Part shown: positions 1 to 8,778 of the stretch, in pieces
Numbering within the stretch: the stretch's first letter is position 1
Layout: the number at the start of each line of letters is the position of its first letter
IMG/VR virus record: IMGVR_UViG_3300048855_000199
Span: 1-38,350 of that record
Length of the DNA: 38,350 nucleotides
Reading direction: 5' to 3' (one strand)
Source of the DNA: a virus
Lineage: Duplodnaviria > Caudoviricetes
Made by a program: the position numbers and the translations under genes
The notes under the pieces: generated by a model
Databases searched by the model: none
What the model saw: only the letters and a program-made list of their open reading frames with translations
Told to the model about the DNA's origin: nothing

Positions 1-2601
1 ATAGCCACGGCGCAGCGCTTCCAGGTTGCCGATGCCGAGGCGCCGCGTCGCCGCGGCGTCGAAGACGTATTCGCCCTTATGGACGACACCTGCCGGCTGA
101 TACTTGCCTCCGGGTCCGGTATAGCCACCGAACGCGTAGAGACCGCCAGAACCGCCGGCGATGGAAGCGCCTCCCCCGCTCGACCCGCCAAACAGCCCGC
201 TCAGCGCCCCTATCAGGCCGCCGGTTTTGCCGCCCGTGCCCGACGTCCCAAACAACCCCGCAAGCGGCCCCTGGCCCAAGAGCGCGGCCTGTAGGGCAGC
301 GTCTCCGAGCGCCGACACGATCCGCTTGAGCGAGTCCTCGACCGTGGCCGAGCCGGTCACGATGTCGGAGAAGAACGATGACAGGTTGTCGCCGATGAAC
401 TGCTGGAGCTCACCGAACTGCTGTTGCTTTTGGCGGGCGTCATCCAAGGCCTGCGCGGCGCGGCCGTATGCAGACGAGAGCTCGTCCACCCGCTGCCGCA
501 CCGTCGCGTCGACCGGGATGCCTTCCCTATCGACTGCCAAGCCCGCACGCTTTGCGTCGGCATACAGCTTGACTGTCTCGGCTGCCTTCTCGCGCGCCTC
601 GGTGGTCTGCGACAGGCCGGTGCGCTCCGCCTCAAGCTGCGCAATCTGCTCCCGGGTTCCGTCGAGAGAGCGGTCGAAACGATCGTCCGGAGACTTGCGC
701 GATGTCCTGGATCCCGAACTCGATCGCGCAGCCTTCTCGGACGTCTTGACCGAGTTCTCGTTGGCTATCGCCTGCTTGGCGGTTTGTTGCGCTTGCTGCT
801 CGCTGAGATCGATGCCCTTTTTCTTCGCATCGTTGAGCAGTGTCTGCGTGCGCGCCTCAAGCTGCTTTTGCTCGGTCGACTTCTGCGAATCCTCGATCAC
901 GCCCTGCGAGAAAAACTGAGCGCCCAGCTGCTTGACCTGGGGATTATTGGCAACCGGCGATATCGACTCGGAGAGGGCTGGCCCATTGCCCAAACTATCC
1001 AGCCGGCTCTTGAGATCAGAAACGACCTTAGCGGCAGCGGCAGCGCGATTGATCAGGTCGTCGAACTGCGGGATTAGGTTCGGTAAACCGGAATTGGCCA
1101 TGCCGGCCAACTCCTCTCGAACCTCCGCTGCGGAGAGCTTGCCCTCCTTGAACTTCTGTAGGATGTCCTTCCACTGGTCATTGACCTCGCGGCCGGCGCC
1201 GACGAAACCTGCCAGAAAATCTGGCGTTACCTGACCGGCAAGGGCATTAGTTAGCTCGCTTCTTGCATCCTGAAGCTGGCGCGTAGCTTCGTTGATCGTA
1301 CGCGTCAGGCTCTCGCGCTGGGTCTCAACGAACTGGGTAGCAGCGTCCTTTGATGCATCGCCGGCCTCTTTCGCCTTGCCCTTGATGTCATCGAGGGCCG
1401 CGGCATAGAGCTTCGAATATTCGGTCGCCTCTTGCGTGCGCTGACCGACGTAGAGGAACGCCAGCGACAGTCCCGTGATGACGGCGCCGACAGGGCCGCC
1501 GACCAGCGCGAGACCGCCGCGCAGGACGCCCATGGCGGTAGCCGCCACGGTGGCGCGCGACGCCATCGCCGACAGCGCCGTGCCGTAGCTCCCAGAAATG
1601 GCGGCGGCAATGCGGAACGCGGCCACCTGACGCATGATGGCGGCCGACAAGCCGGACGAGGCCGCCGTCGCCGCCACGGAAGTAACCGCCAATCGCGAGC
1701 CGAAGGCCACGGCCAGGATGATGACCGCATTGGCGACGGTGTCAAAATTCTGCGCCAGCGCGCCGAGCGCTTGCGCAATCCGCTGCGTCGCCCCGAGAGA
1801 CGAGTCCGACTGACCTATGTATTTGGTCAGCGCATTCTCGACCTGGGTGAACGCCTGCGAGATCGTCGTCGCGGCCTGGGAGGCCTGCGTGATTAGATCA
1901 GGAATTCCTTTCTGGAACGCCTGAAAGAAGTCGCGCGACGAAACCGCGCCCTGGTTGACAAGCGTCTTGAGCTTTGCGACGGAGCCGCCGGCAGCATCCA
2001 GGTTATTAGCGACAGCCTGAAGGATCGGCCGGGCGCTCTCGTTGACCGAGTTGAACTCCTCGGCATGGACCGTGCCGCTGCCGAGCAGCTGCGACAACTG
2101 CAGCAGCGCGCCGGAGGCGGCTGCGGAGCTGACACCCTGGACCTTGAGAGCCGCGCTGACGCCCTCGGTGAATTTCAGCAGGTCTTGCTGGCTTGCGCCG
2201 AGCTCCTTGGCGGCCTGAGATCCTCGCCCGTAAAGCGTGACAACCGGCTCGAGCGAGGTGCCGTACTTCTGTGCCGTTTGGTACAGGCTCTCGAAGATCG
2301 TTCCGAGATCCGCCGCGGAAACCCCGGATACCTTGAGGACGTTGTTCGCCCGCGTGAAGGTATCGGCCAGGGTTTGAATCTCGCGCGCGCCAAGGCCAAC
2401 GCCTATTGCGGCCAGCCCCCGGCTCGCAGCACTCCCAATGCCCTCGAATGAAGACGAGATTCGAGTGCTGGCTGCATCGAACCTGCGCTCGATTTCTCGA
2501 GCACGCTGGTCCGCGACACCAGTTGCCTTCCGGAGCGCGGACTCGTAACCCTTGATCCTGGCCTCGAGCGAGACAACGAGTGTTTCGAGATCGGTGGCCA
2601 T
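1..2601 (-). CDS. Tail tape measure protein (3' end runs off the window)
   Basis: Not in the ORF track because there is no stop in the window. ATG at 2601 reads MATDLETLVVSLEARIKGYE...; tape-measure motif ALLQLSQLLGSGTVHAEEFNSVNE; C-terminal GGYTGPGGKYQPAGVVHKGEYVF; lies downstream of the tail chaperones. Confidence 0.92.
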   Translation of the reverse strand, partial: MATDLETLVVSLEARIKGYESALRKATGVADQRAREIERRFDAASTRISSSFEGIGSAASRGLAAIGVGLGAREIQTLADTFTRANNVLKVSGVSAADLGTIFESLYQTAQKYGTSLEPVVTLYGRGSQAAKELGASQQDLLKFTEGVSAALKVQGVSSAAASGALLQLSQLLGSGTVHAEEFNSVNESARPILQAVANNLDAAGGSVAKLKTLVNQGAVSSRDFFQAFQKGIPDLITQASQAATTISQAFTQVENALTKYIGQSDSSLGATQRIAQALGALAQNFDTVANAVIILAVAFGSRLAVTSVAATAASSGLSAAIMRQVAAFRIAAAISGSYGTALSAMASRATVAATAMGVLRGGLALVGGPVGAVITGLSLAFLYVGQRTQEATEYSKLYAAALDDIKGKAKEAGDASKDAATQFVETQRESLTRTINEATRQLQDARSELTNALAGQVTPDFLAGFVGAGREVNDQWKDILQKFKEGKLSAAEVREELAGMANSGLPNLIPQFDDLINRAAAAAKVVSDLKSRLDSLGNGPALSESISPVANNPQVKQLGAQFFSQGVIEDSQKSTEQKQLEARTQTLLNDAKKKGIDLSEQQAQQTAKQAIANENSVKTSEKAARSSSGSRTSRKSPDDRFDRSLDGTREQIAQLEAERTGLSQTTEAREKAAETVKLYADAKRAGLAVDREGIPVDATVRQRVDELSSAYGRAAQALDDARQKQQQFGELQQFIGDNLSSFFSDIVTGSATVEDSLKRIVSALGDAALQAALLGQGPLAGLFGTSGTGGKTGGLIGALSGLFGGSSGGGASIAGGSGGLYAFGGYTGPGGKYQPAGVVHKGEYVFDAAATRRLGIGNLEALRRGY

Positions 2602-2636
2602 GGATGAACCTTGAATCTAGTTATCGGGGGGCAGCG

Positions 2637-2954
2637 ATGAAATTGGCGTTAGCGGCGGTTGCCGGGCTGGTCTTGATCTCGCCCGCGGCGGCGCAAGCAA
2701 ACTCAGTCGACAGCGCTTACAAGCTATGCTCGGTGTTCGACTCTACCGGCATGCTCAGCAAGAAATGCGAAGTCTCTGGCTGGGCGAGTTCGGTCGACGT
2801 TTCCATTGACACTACTTCGACGGAAGCTCGCAAGATCTGCCAGGGAGTTGCGCAGATGGTCAGGGGGCAAGGGATCGCCTTCGATCGAGGTTGGCAGATT
2901 AGGATCTACTCGCCATTCAGCGGCGACCAACAGATCGCATATTGCTCTCTTTAG
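2637..2954 (+). CDS. Small exported protein (signal peptide, 4 Cys), antisense moron in the tail operon
   Basis: ATG at 2637: MKLALAAVAGLVLISPAAAQA- is a typical Sec signal with an AQA cleavage site; 105 aa. Confidence 0.75.
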   Translation: MKLALAAVAGLVLISPAAAQANSVDSAYKLCSVFDSTGMLSKKCEVSGWASSVDVSIDTTSTEARKICQGVAQMVRGQGIAFDRGWQIRIYSPFSGDQQIAYCSL

Positions 2955-2959
2955 CTGGT

Positions 2960-2980
2960 GCGGCGGCACTAAGCCGCCGC
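2960..2980. terminator. GC-rich hairpin between convergent genes
   Basis: GCGGCGGC-actaa-GCCGCCGC, at the junction of the moron stop (2954) and the chaperone GT stop (2969). Confidence 0.45.
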
Positions 2981-3211
2981 CACCCACGCGTACTTCTCGA
3001 CAAGGTCGTCGAACTGTTCAGCGCTCATCGGCTCGACAGCCGTCTCGGCGCCGTTGGCCGCGTTCCACCCGTCGATGGCAGCCGCGAATTCCCAGAGCGA
3101 CATGTTGTCGACCTGCCGCGGTGTCCAACCTAAGACGGCTCCTGATCCATAGAGAGCGGCAACGGGGAGCCGTCCGTCTCCGGTTCGGTCGCTGCCGCCT
3201 CGTCTTTTCCC
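2969..3211 (-). CDS. Tail assembly chaperone GT extension (reached by -1 frameshift)
   Basis: -1 frame relative to 3130..3531; encodes LGWTPRQVDNMSLWEFAAAIDGW, a typical gpT-type segment; slippery GGGAAAA at 3211-3205. Confidence 0.8.
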   Translation of the reverse strand, partial: GKRRGGSDRTGDGRLPVAALYGSGAVLGWTPRQVDNMSLWEFAAAIDGWNAANGAETAVEPMSAEQFDDLVEKYAWVAAA

Positions 3212-3531
3212 ACCGGTTCGTTCGGGTCGCCGACCAGCGCGGCCATAAGCACCGCGTGGGCGGGGTGGACGTTCTCGAGCCAGGGGCGATCGTCGACATA
3301 GCGCTTGACGAGGACGAGAGCTTCGGTCGGCTTCGTGCCCCCGCCAATCAATCCCAGCCGAAGCGTCTCGCGGATGTCGTCGACGCGCCATGTTCCAACC
3401 GTCAGGCGCTGAACGAGCTCCGCCGGGCCGGCATTGCTCTTATCCTGGAGTTCCCTCAACTGGCCGATGGCGAGCCGGAATCGGTACTCGCCATCGGCCC
3501 AGGGAAACGTGATCGAGCCATCTGAGCTCAT
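3130..3531 (-). CDS. Tail assembly chaperone (gpG/GTA-type)
   Basis: Lies between tail tube and tape measure; GTWRVDDIRETLRLGLIGGG motif of GTA-like chaperones. Confidence 0.85.
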   Translation of the reverse strand: MSSDGSITFPWADGEYRFRLAIGQLRELQDKSNAGPAELVQRLTVGTWRVDDIRETLRLGLIGGGTKPTEALVLVKRYVDDRPWLENVHPAHAVLMAALVGDPNEPVGKDEAAATEPETDGSPLPLSMDQEPS

Positions 3532-3980
3532 GCGCTCGCAGCGACCCAGGTGACCTCGCCGTCGTTCTGAAGCTCAATCTCGACCTGGATCTTGTTGCCA
3601 ATCTCACCGGTGATATTGAACGTCGTGAGAATGAACGCACCCTCGAAATAGCCGCCGTTGTTCGCCAGCGTGGTATCGATCTTCACGCGGGCATTCTTGC
3701 TGACGCCGCCGAAGAAATAATCGCGCCAGGTCTCCAGGGATTCCATGGCCAAAACGCCGGAGCCGGACACCGTGCCGGACAGAGCGCTGATTACGCGTTC
3801 AGACCAGGACGCGGCGTCGGGATCGTCGCAGTCCGGGACGGTGATATCGTTCGACGCGGCCGAAAAGTTGATGCCCTTGGTCGTCAGTCCGCAGGGAGCA
3901 GCGAACACTTCGGTCGGGCTCGCGCCGTCGCCGAGCATGATGAGCAGCTTCGCCGCGCTAAGGGTGGTGGGTTTTGCCAA
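3528..3980 (-). CDS. Major tail tube protein
   Basis: GGAGG RBS then TTG at 3980; APCGLTTKGINFS...VPDCDDPDA...GSGVLA is typical of alphaproteobacterial/GTA tail tubes. Confidence 0.88.
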   Translation of the reverse strand: MAKPTTLSAAKLLIMLGDGASPTEVFAAPCGLTTKGINFSAASNDITVPDCDDPDAASWSERVISALSGTVSGSGVLAMESLETWRDYFFGGVSKNARVKIDTTLANNGGYFEGAFILTTFNITGEIGNKIQVEIELQNDGEVTWVAASA

Positions 3981-3995
3981 GGTGGCCTCCAAACG

Positions 3996-4017
3996 AAAAA
4001 GGCCGCTCATGGCGGCC
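3996..4017 (-). terminator. Putative intrinsic terminator
   Basis: Minus strand GGCCGC-catga-GCGGCC followed by TTTTT. Confidence 0.55.
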
Positions 4018-4042
4018 GGAAATACGGGAAGGAAGTTTTGCG

Positions 4043-4450
4043 CTACTGCGTGTCGACGAGCGCCCTGAACGTCACCACAGCGTGCGTGGTTAGGCCGTCA
4101 GGGTCATCCAGGTATCGCGTGTCGCGGTGCTCGAGCAGCACGAGCGCATATCCGTCGGCGAGCTCCGGTTCCGCACCGTGCAGGCAGCGCTGCACAGCGC
4201 CAGCGATCTTCGCTGCCTCAACCCGTCCGACAGCCGTCGACCAGCAGTGCACGCTGAAATAGATCTCAGTGCCGTCGATGCACGCGGCATCGTCTTGGAT
4301 CGTCTGGAAGTCCGCGACGTTAGCGTAGGGTGCCTGCAACTGCTCCGGCACCCGGTCGTAGACCTTCGCGCCGATCAGTGCGGCGACCGCCGCATTGGCC
4401 TTCAGCGCCGCAACGGCGGCGCCCTGGAGCGCTAAGCTCGGTTCGCTCAT
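4043..4450 (-). CDS. Tail terminator/completion protein (DUF3168 type)
   Basis: Start MSEPSLALQGAAVAALKANAAVAALIGAKVYDRVP; HCWS...GRVEAAKIA; lies just upstream of the tail tube. Confidence 0.88.
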   Translation of the reverse strand: MSEPSLALQGAAVAALKANAAVAALIGAKVYDRVPEQLQAPYANVADFQTIQDDAACIDGTEIYFSVHCWSTAVGRVEAAKIAGAVQRCLHGAEPELADGYALVLLEHRDTRYLDDPDGLTTHAVVTFRALVDTQ

Positions 4451-4929
4451 GTGCCCCCGCCTCCCGCTGCAACGGCCTTCGCGGCCTTCGTTGTCGCGCG
4501 CGTAATGCGCGATTTGATGCGGCGCTTCAGGGCGCGATAAGGGGAATAGAAGAAGGGGTGAGCCGACGTGCCGGGGTTCTGTGTGCCGGCGAACTTGCCG
4601 CCGTTCGTGTGCGGCGCCGTACCGAACTCGACAAGGTGGGCATAGCGCACTGCGCTGTTGCCGGCCGTGATAAGCACGCTGAGATCCGGGTCCCCATCCA
4701 CCGGCGAGCCCCCGCGAAGGGATGCATATTTTGGCCCGGACTGACCGCCCCATGTCTGCACGATGCTGTCGCGCAGCTCGCCCGTTCTGACGGGTGCCAA
4801 TCTCTTCTGGAGGGCGACGAGTTCGTCAGCGCCCTGCGCGATGGCCTGTTTGATGGCGGACCGCGTTGCCGGCGACAGAGCTTTTAACTTCCGGACCAGC
4901 GCCTCTCGTCCCTGCATCTTTGTGGCCAT
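4447..4929 (-). CDS. HK97 gp10-family tail component
   Basis: APVRTGELRDSI, YAHLVEFGT and AHPFF motifs. Confidence 0.9.
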   Translation of the reverse strand: MATKMQGREALVRKLKALSPATRSAIKQAIAQGADELVALQKRLAPVRTGELRDSIVQTWGGQSGPKYASLRGGSPVDGDPDLSVLITAGNSAVRYAHLVEFGTAPHTNGGKFAGTQNPGTSAHPFFYSPYRALKRRIKSRITRATTKAAKAVAAGGGGT

Positions 4930-5267
4930 CAAGTCGCCACCCCAGCGTCGGCGAGAAAGTCGATATAGCGCCGATGCTCATCCATATTCGCGGCTGAGCG
5001 CAGGTTGTAGATCGTGCCGGACCGGACATCGCGAGCCCGCCAGGCGGGCGCCACGGAGCGCGCCGCAGCACAATACCGCACACGGATAACCACGGGCTGC
5101 GTGCCCGCAAGGCGGGCCGCCTGCACTGCCTCGCCGCCCTTCAGCGGCTGGATGCGGGCGGCCGTGCGAAACTGCTCCACCCAGGCGCCATCGACGTTGC
5201 CGTAGCCGTCGTCTAGCTCATCTCGCCGCTCGAAAGCGACGAGGTCGCGCAGCTCACCCGCGGACAT
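4929..5267 (-). CDS. Head-tail adaptor/head closure protein (SPP1 gp16-like)
   Basis: MSAGELRDLVAFERR..DDGYG; position in the neck module. Confidence 0.88.
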   Translation of the reverse strand: MSAGELRDLVAFERRDELDDGYGNVDGAWVEQFRTAARIQPLKGGEAVQAARLAGTQPVVIRVRYCAAARSVAPAWRARDVRSGTIYNLRSAANMDEHRRYIDFLADAGVAT

Positions 5268-5446
5268 TGCTGCTCTCCACCATCGTCATCCTCCGTCGGC
5301 TTCTCAACGCGCTCGGCCTTCTCCGCGGCAAGCGCCGCCATTGCGCATCGGCGGGTGACCAGAGCGACGGTGCCGGCCTTGTAGGCAATGTCGGCTTGCC
5401 GCGTTGGTGACCAGTCGAAGTTTGCCGTAAAGCGGACCCAGGGCAT
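5213..5446 (-). CDS. Small hypothetical neck-region protein
   Basis: TGATG coupling with the upstream gene; MPWVRFTANFDWSPT...YKAG. Confidence 0.6.
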   Translation of the reverse strand: MPWVRFTANFDWSPTRQADIAYKAGTVALVTRRCAMAALAAEKAERVEKPTEDDDGGEQQCPRVSCATSSLSSGEMS

Positions 5447-5802
5447 CACGCAGACCCCACGGCGTCGCACGGCATGAGCCGCCACACGCGATAAGGCGCG
5501 AGCAGGAAGCGCACCGCCATCGGCAGGTCTATTGCCGTCTTGCCGATCACGACTGATTCCCTGTTCTCAAACAGGTGACCCGTGAGCAGGTAGATGGCCG
5601 ACCGGACTGCGGGCGGCATCACTATGCCGTCTGCATCGCCATCCGGTACGGCCGCGCCCTCGGCATAGAGGTTGCGATCGAGATAATTGGCGATCACGTC
5701 CTCGGACGCGGCCAAGTAGCCGGTGATCAGCGCGTCGTCGTCCGCGTAATCGACCCGTAGGTGTTTCTTGACGTCGTCGAGCGCGATCAGAGTGTCGACC
5801 AT
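5446..5802 (-). CDS. Head-tail connector (HK97 gp6/SPP1 gp15-like)
   Basis: LDDVKKHLRVD..DDDALITGYL; AIYLLTGHLFENRE. Confidence 0.92.
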   Translation of the reverse strand: MVDTLIALDDVKKHLRVDYADDDALITGYLAASEDVIANYLDRNLYAEGAAVPDGDADGIVMPPAVRSAIYLLTGHLFENRESVVIGKTAIDLPMAVRFLLAPYRVWRLMPCDAVGSA

Positions 5803-5805
5803 GCC

Positions 5806-6153
5806 TTATGCCGCCACTACCGCAGTCGTCGCGGCGCTGGTCGCGCTGGCGGTACCGGTGCTGCTTGTTGCGGTCACCGTCACGGTGATGACCTTGCCGA
5901 CGTCCGCCTCGACCGGGCTATAAGTTGAGATCGTGGCCCCCGAAATAGCGACACCATCCACCTTCCACTGCCGCGTGAGCACCGGGGTGGGTGAGCCCGT
6001 CCACGTTCCATCTGCGGCCGTCAAGACTTCCCCAACCTGCGCAGTCCCCGTAATCGTCGGGACGGCCATGTTGGCGGGCGCGGCAGGAAGCACCACGACG
6101 CCAGCGCCAATGTAGCTCGCGACACGGCGCTTCCTAAGCTTCGTGCTGATCAT
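5806..6153 (-). CDS. Ig-like beta-sandwich virion (head decoration) protein
   Basis: Probable start MISTK at 6153; PANMAVPTITGTAQVGEVLT..GTW...QW..DG..ISGAT..TY....ADVGKVITVTVTA is an Ig-like repeat signature. Confidence 0.65.
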   Translation of the reverse strand: MISTKLRKRRVASYIGAGVVVLPAAPANMAVPTITGTAQVGEVLTAADGTWTGSPTPVLTRQWKVDGVAISGATISTYSPVEADVGKVITVTVTATSSTGTASATSAATTAVVAA

Positions 6154-6367
6154 TATGCGTGCCTTTTCCGCGCTTCCGCGCTGGTGTCGGTGAAGCATCG
6201 GGCGTTGGCTCCGACGCAACGACCTCGTCGTGCCGAACGACCAACCCCTGGGCGATGAGCTGAAGCGCCTTGCTGCGCTCGGCGCCGTACGGCTGGCTGC
6301 GCCTTGTGCGCAGCACCTCTCCGTCAAAGAATGTGCGGACAGGCTTCACGGTGAGAAGATTGGTCAT
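6134..6367 (-). CDS. Small hypothetical protein after capsid
   Basis: AGGGA RBS; 77 aa in the usual post-capsid position. Confidence 0.6.
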   Translation of the reverse strand: MTNLLTVKPVRTFFDGEVLRTRRSQPYGAERSKALQLIAQGLVVRHDEVVASEPTPDASPTPARKRGKGTHNDQHEA

Positions 6368-6387
6368 CTGGCTTCCCTGATGGGAGT

Positions 6388-6409
6388 GGGGCGGCGTCTA
6401 AGCCGCCCC
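6388..6409 (-). terminator. Hairpin after the capsid gene
   Basis: GGGGCGGC-gtctaa-GCCGCCCC immediately downstream of the capsid stop. Confidence 0.5.
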
Positions 6410-6416
6410 GTCTCGG

Positions 6417-7640
6417 TTAGCCAGCGGCCTCGACGTCGCCGGTGACGAACGCCTCCGGCCGATACACGGCCAGGGCGAGACGCTCTTCGGCGCGGATCGT
6501 GAACATGTTCTTCTCGAAGTCGTCCACGTTCTCGCTCGACAGCAGCACCTCGATCTCCAGGCGATCGTAGATCTGCGCAGCCATGTTGAACGCGCCGGTG
6601 AGGAACTCACCAACCGCCATCGCCTGCGTCTGCACGACCGGAAGGTTCCACAGCGTCGGCGAGATGCCGTTCTGCGGATTGCCGATGATGTAGTTGTTGC
6701 CGAGGTCCTTCGTGAGCTCGATCTTCGTCCAGTCGATCGGGTTCAGCACAAAGGCAGACGCTGGGTATTCGGCGAGAACGACCTGAAGGACCGCAAGCCG
6801 AAGTCGATCGATGCCGGTTTCGCCCGTCGGGGTAAAGGCCGGGGCAAACGCCGTCGCCTGCGGAACAAGCCCGTGCAGGTTCTGGCCGGCGCCATCGCCA
6901 GTGAGCAGCTGCACTTCCTCTTTGAACTGCAGCCCGTATCGAGCGCGTGCGTCGATGTAGGAGCGCAGGCCGGCTGCGTCGTCAAGGATCTGGCGGCTCG
7001 CCTTGAAGATGTGCGCGATCGTGCGGACAGGCGCACTCACAAGGTCGAACGTGATGTCCGACTTCGGCTTCAACGCACCTTCAGCGACCGGCGCCGCGTT
7101 ATTGGTGAAGCCGGTCTCCTTGACGTACTCCACGTTGCTGGAGTCGGTCTGGCCAGGAGCGAGTAGATCACGGATTGTCATGGCCCGGTTCGGCGGGGCT
7201 ACGATGCCCGGAATCCGCTGCGCGGGAACGAGCGAGGTGCCCTGCGACCGTCCGGTGCCGACCGTGGTGTTCGCCGAGGTGATGTCGGCCAACTCGCCGC
7301 GGCTCACCTTCACCCGAACGGAGCCACGCGAACCACCGTCGAGCTTTGCCGCCTTGAACTCGGCGCTTTCGAGCACGAGCTCACCGAGCGACTTGGGACC
7401 GCTCTCGACCATTTCTTTTTCGCGGGCGGCACGCTTCTCCAGGCCGGAGAGCCTGGTGGTCACGTCGCCGAGCTCGGAGAGGGCCTTGTCGGTCTTTTCC
7501 TTGAGCTCAGTGGAGACCTCGCCGGAAGCCTTCAGCTTCTCGGTAAAGTCCGCACCGATATTCTGCACCTGCTCCTTGATGGACGCGAGCGAAGTGCCAA
7601 GCTCGCCGATCTTGTCGGCGAGCGCTTGATTATCTGCCAT
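6417..7640 (-). CDS. HK97-fold major capsid protein
   Basis: Coiled-coil delta domain, then RTIAHIFKASRQILDDA, QLLTGDG, and C-terminal FEKNMFTIRAEERLALAVYRPEAF. Confidence 0.97.
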   Translation of the reverse strand: MADNQALADKIGELGTSLASIKEQVQNIGADFTEKLKASGEVSTELKEKTDKALSELGDVTTRLSGLEKRAAREKEMVESGPKSLGELVLESAEFKAAKLDGGSRGSVRVKVSRGELADITSANTTVGTGRSQGTSLVPAQRIPGIVAPPNRAMTIRDLLAPGQTDSSNVEYVKETGFTNNAAPVAEGALKPKSDITFDLVSAPVRTIAHIFKASRQILDDAAGLRSYIDARARYGLQFKEEVQLLTGDGAGQNLHGLVPQATAFAPAFTPTGETGIDRLRLAVLQVVLAEYPASAFVLNPIDWTKIELTKDLGNNYIIGNPQNGISPTLWNLPVVQTQAMAVGEFLTGAFNMAAQIYDRLEIEVLLSSENVDDFEKNMFTIRAEERLALAVYRPEAFVTGDVEAAG

Positions 7641-7654
7641 GTGTGGGGAAACCC

Positions 7655-8770
7655 TTAGATTGAGAAAGATTTTAGGTCGGCCAAGAGCCGATCCATCGCT
7701 GCCAAAGCAGCTTCGTCCGCCACGACATCAGGCTCCCCCTGATCAGTCTTGAGGTAGAGCCGGGCGGCCCGCTCTGCCTCCGAGTTCGAACAGCCAACAA
7801 GACCCTTGAGGCCGTTCTCGAACTCGCGTTTGGTGATGGGCTCGCCAGCGCGAAGCTTGGCGGCCAAAGTCTCAGCGGCCTCGGCACGAGCGGCATTCGC
7901 TGCCTTCACGCGCCTGACAGCGTCCGGCTCGGCGCTCGCACCGAACCGGCCTAACGTCTCGTCGAGGGTGGCGATCTTATCCGCCATGCCACGGTCCAGA
8001 AGCTCTTCCGCGAAGAACACCCTGCCCTGGCCGTAGCTGTCCTCGACGCGGCTCTTGGAAACGCCTCGCCCCTCGGCAACGGCAGCCACGAACCGCTTAT
8101 AGGAGTAGTCGACCCGCTCCTGGATGAACGACCGGGCGTCCTCGCCGAGCGGCTCGGTCTCGTTGCCCTCGACCTTGTACTTGCCGGCCGAGATGTACGT
8201 GCGCTTGACGCCGCGCTGCTCGAGGAATTGTGATACGTCGTCATGGGCCGTGTAGACGCCGATTGACCCGGCGCGCCCGGAGGGCGTGACCACGATCTCG
8301 TCGGCCGCGCTGGCGAGCCAGTAGGCCGCGCTTGCGGCGAGACTGTTCACCTGCGCTACGATCGGCTTGTCGCCGCCGCGGAGCCGGCGGATCTCGGTGG
8401 CCAGTTCGTCAGTGCCGGGGACAGCGCCGCCGGGGCTGTCGACATCGAGAACCACCGCCTTGACATCATCGTTGGCTACAGCGGCATGAAGCGCGCGGGT
8501 CAGCGATAGGTACGACGTGCCGCCGCTGATCTCCGACATCATATCGACGCGCTGTGCCAGCACGCCGTAGACGGGGATCACGGCAACATTGCCGTCCTGG
8601 CGGGCGATCTCTGCCTCGCGCTTCTTGGTGACGCGCGCAGCAAGCTCTTCGGCGCCGTAATGGCCGCCGTCCGCCTTGAACAGGAGAAAGTCGGTGATCA
8701 CTTCGAGCTTTTCGGGCGCAATCGCCCACGGCTCGGCCGCGAACGCCGAGAGAATATGGCTATACTTCAT
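7655..8770 (-). CDS. S49 (ClpP/SppA-like) prohead protease
   Basis: LDVDSPGG, AASAAYWLASAADEI, GSIGV and SAGKYK motifs. Confidence 0.95.
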   Translation of the reverse strand: MKYSHILSAFAAEPWAIAPEKLEVITDFLLFKADGGHYGAEELAARVTKKREAEIARQDGNVAVIPVYGVLAQRVDMMSEISGGTSYLSLTRALHAAVANDDVKAVVLDVDSPGGAVPGTDELATEIRRLRGGDKPIVAQVNSLAASAAYWLASAADEIVVTPSGRAGSIGVYTAHDDVSQFLEQRGVKRTYISAGKYKVEGNETEPLGEDARSFIQERVDYSYKRFVAAVAEGRGVSKSRVEDSYGQGRVFFAEELLDRGMADKIATLDETLGRFGASAEPDAVRRVKAANAARAEAAETLAAKLRAGEPITKREFENGLKGLVGCSNSEAERAARLYLKTDQGEPDVVADEAALAAMDRLLADLKSFSI

Positions 8771-8778
8771 CGGGTGTC

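Noticed and set aside
79-2451. Numerous plus-strand and short ORFs over the tape measure gene (similar shadow ORFs occur window-wide)
   Set aside because: GC-rich antisense or alternate-frame shadows of the real minus-strand genes, with no RBS or recognisable motifs
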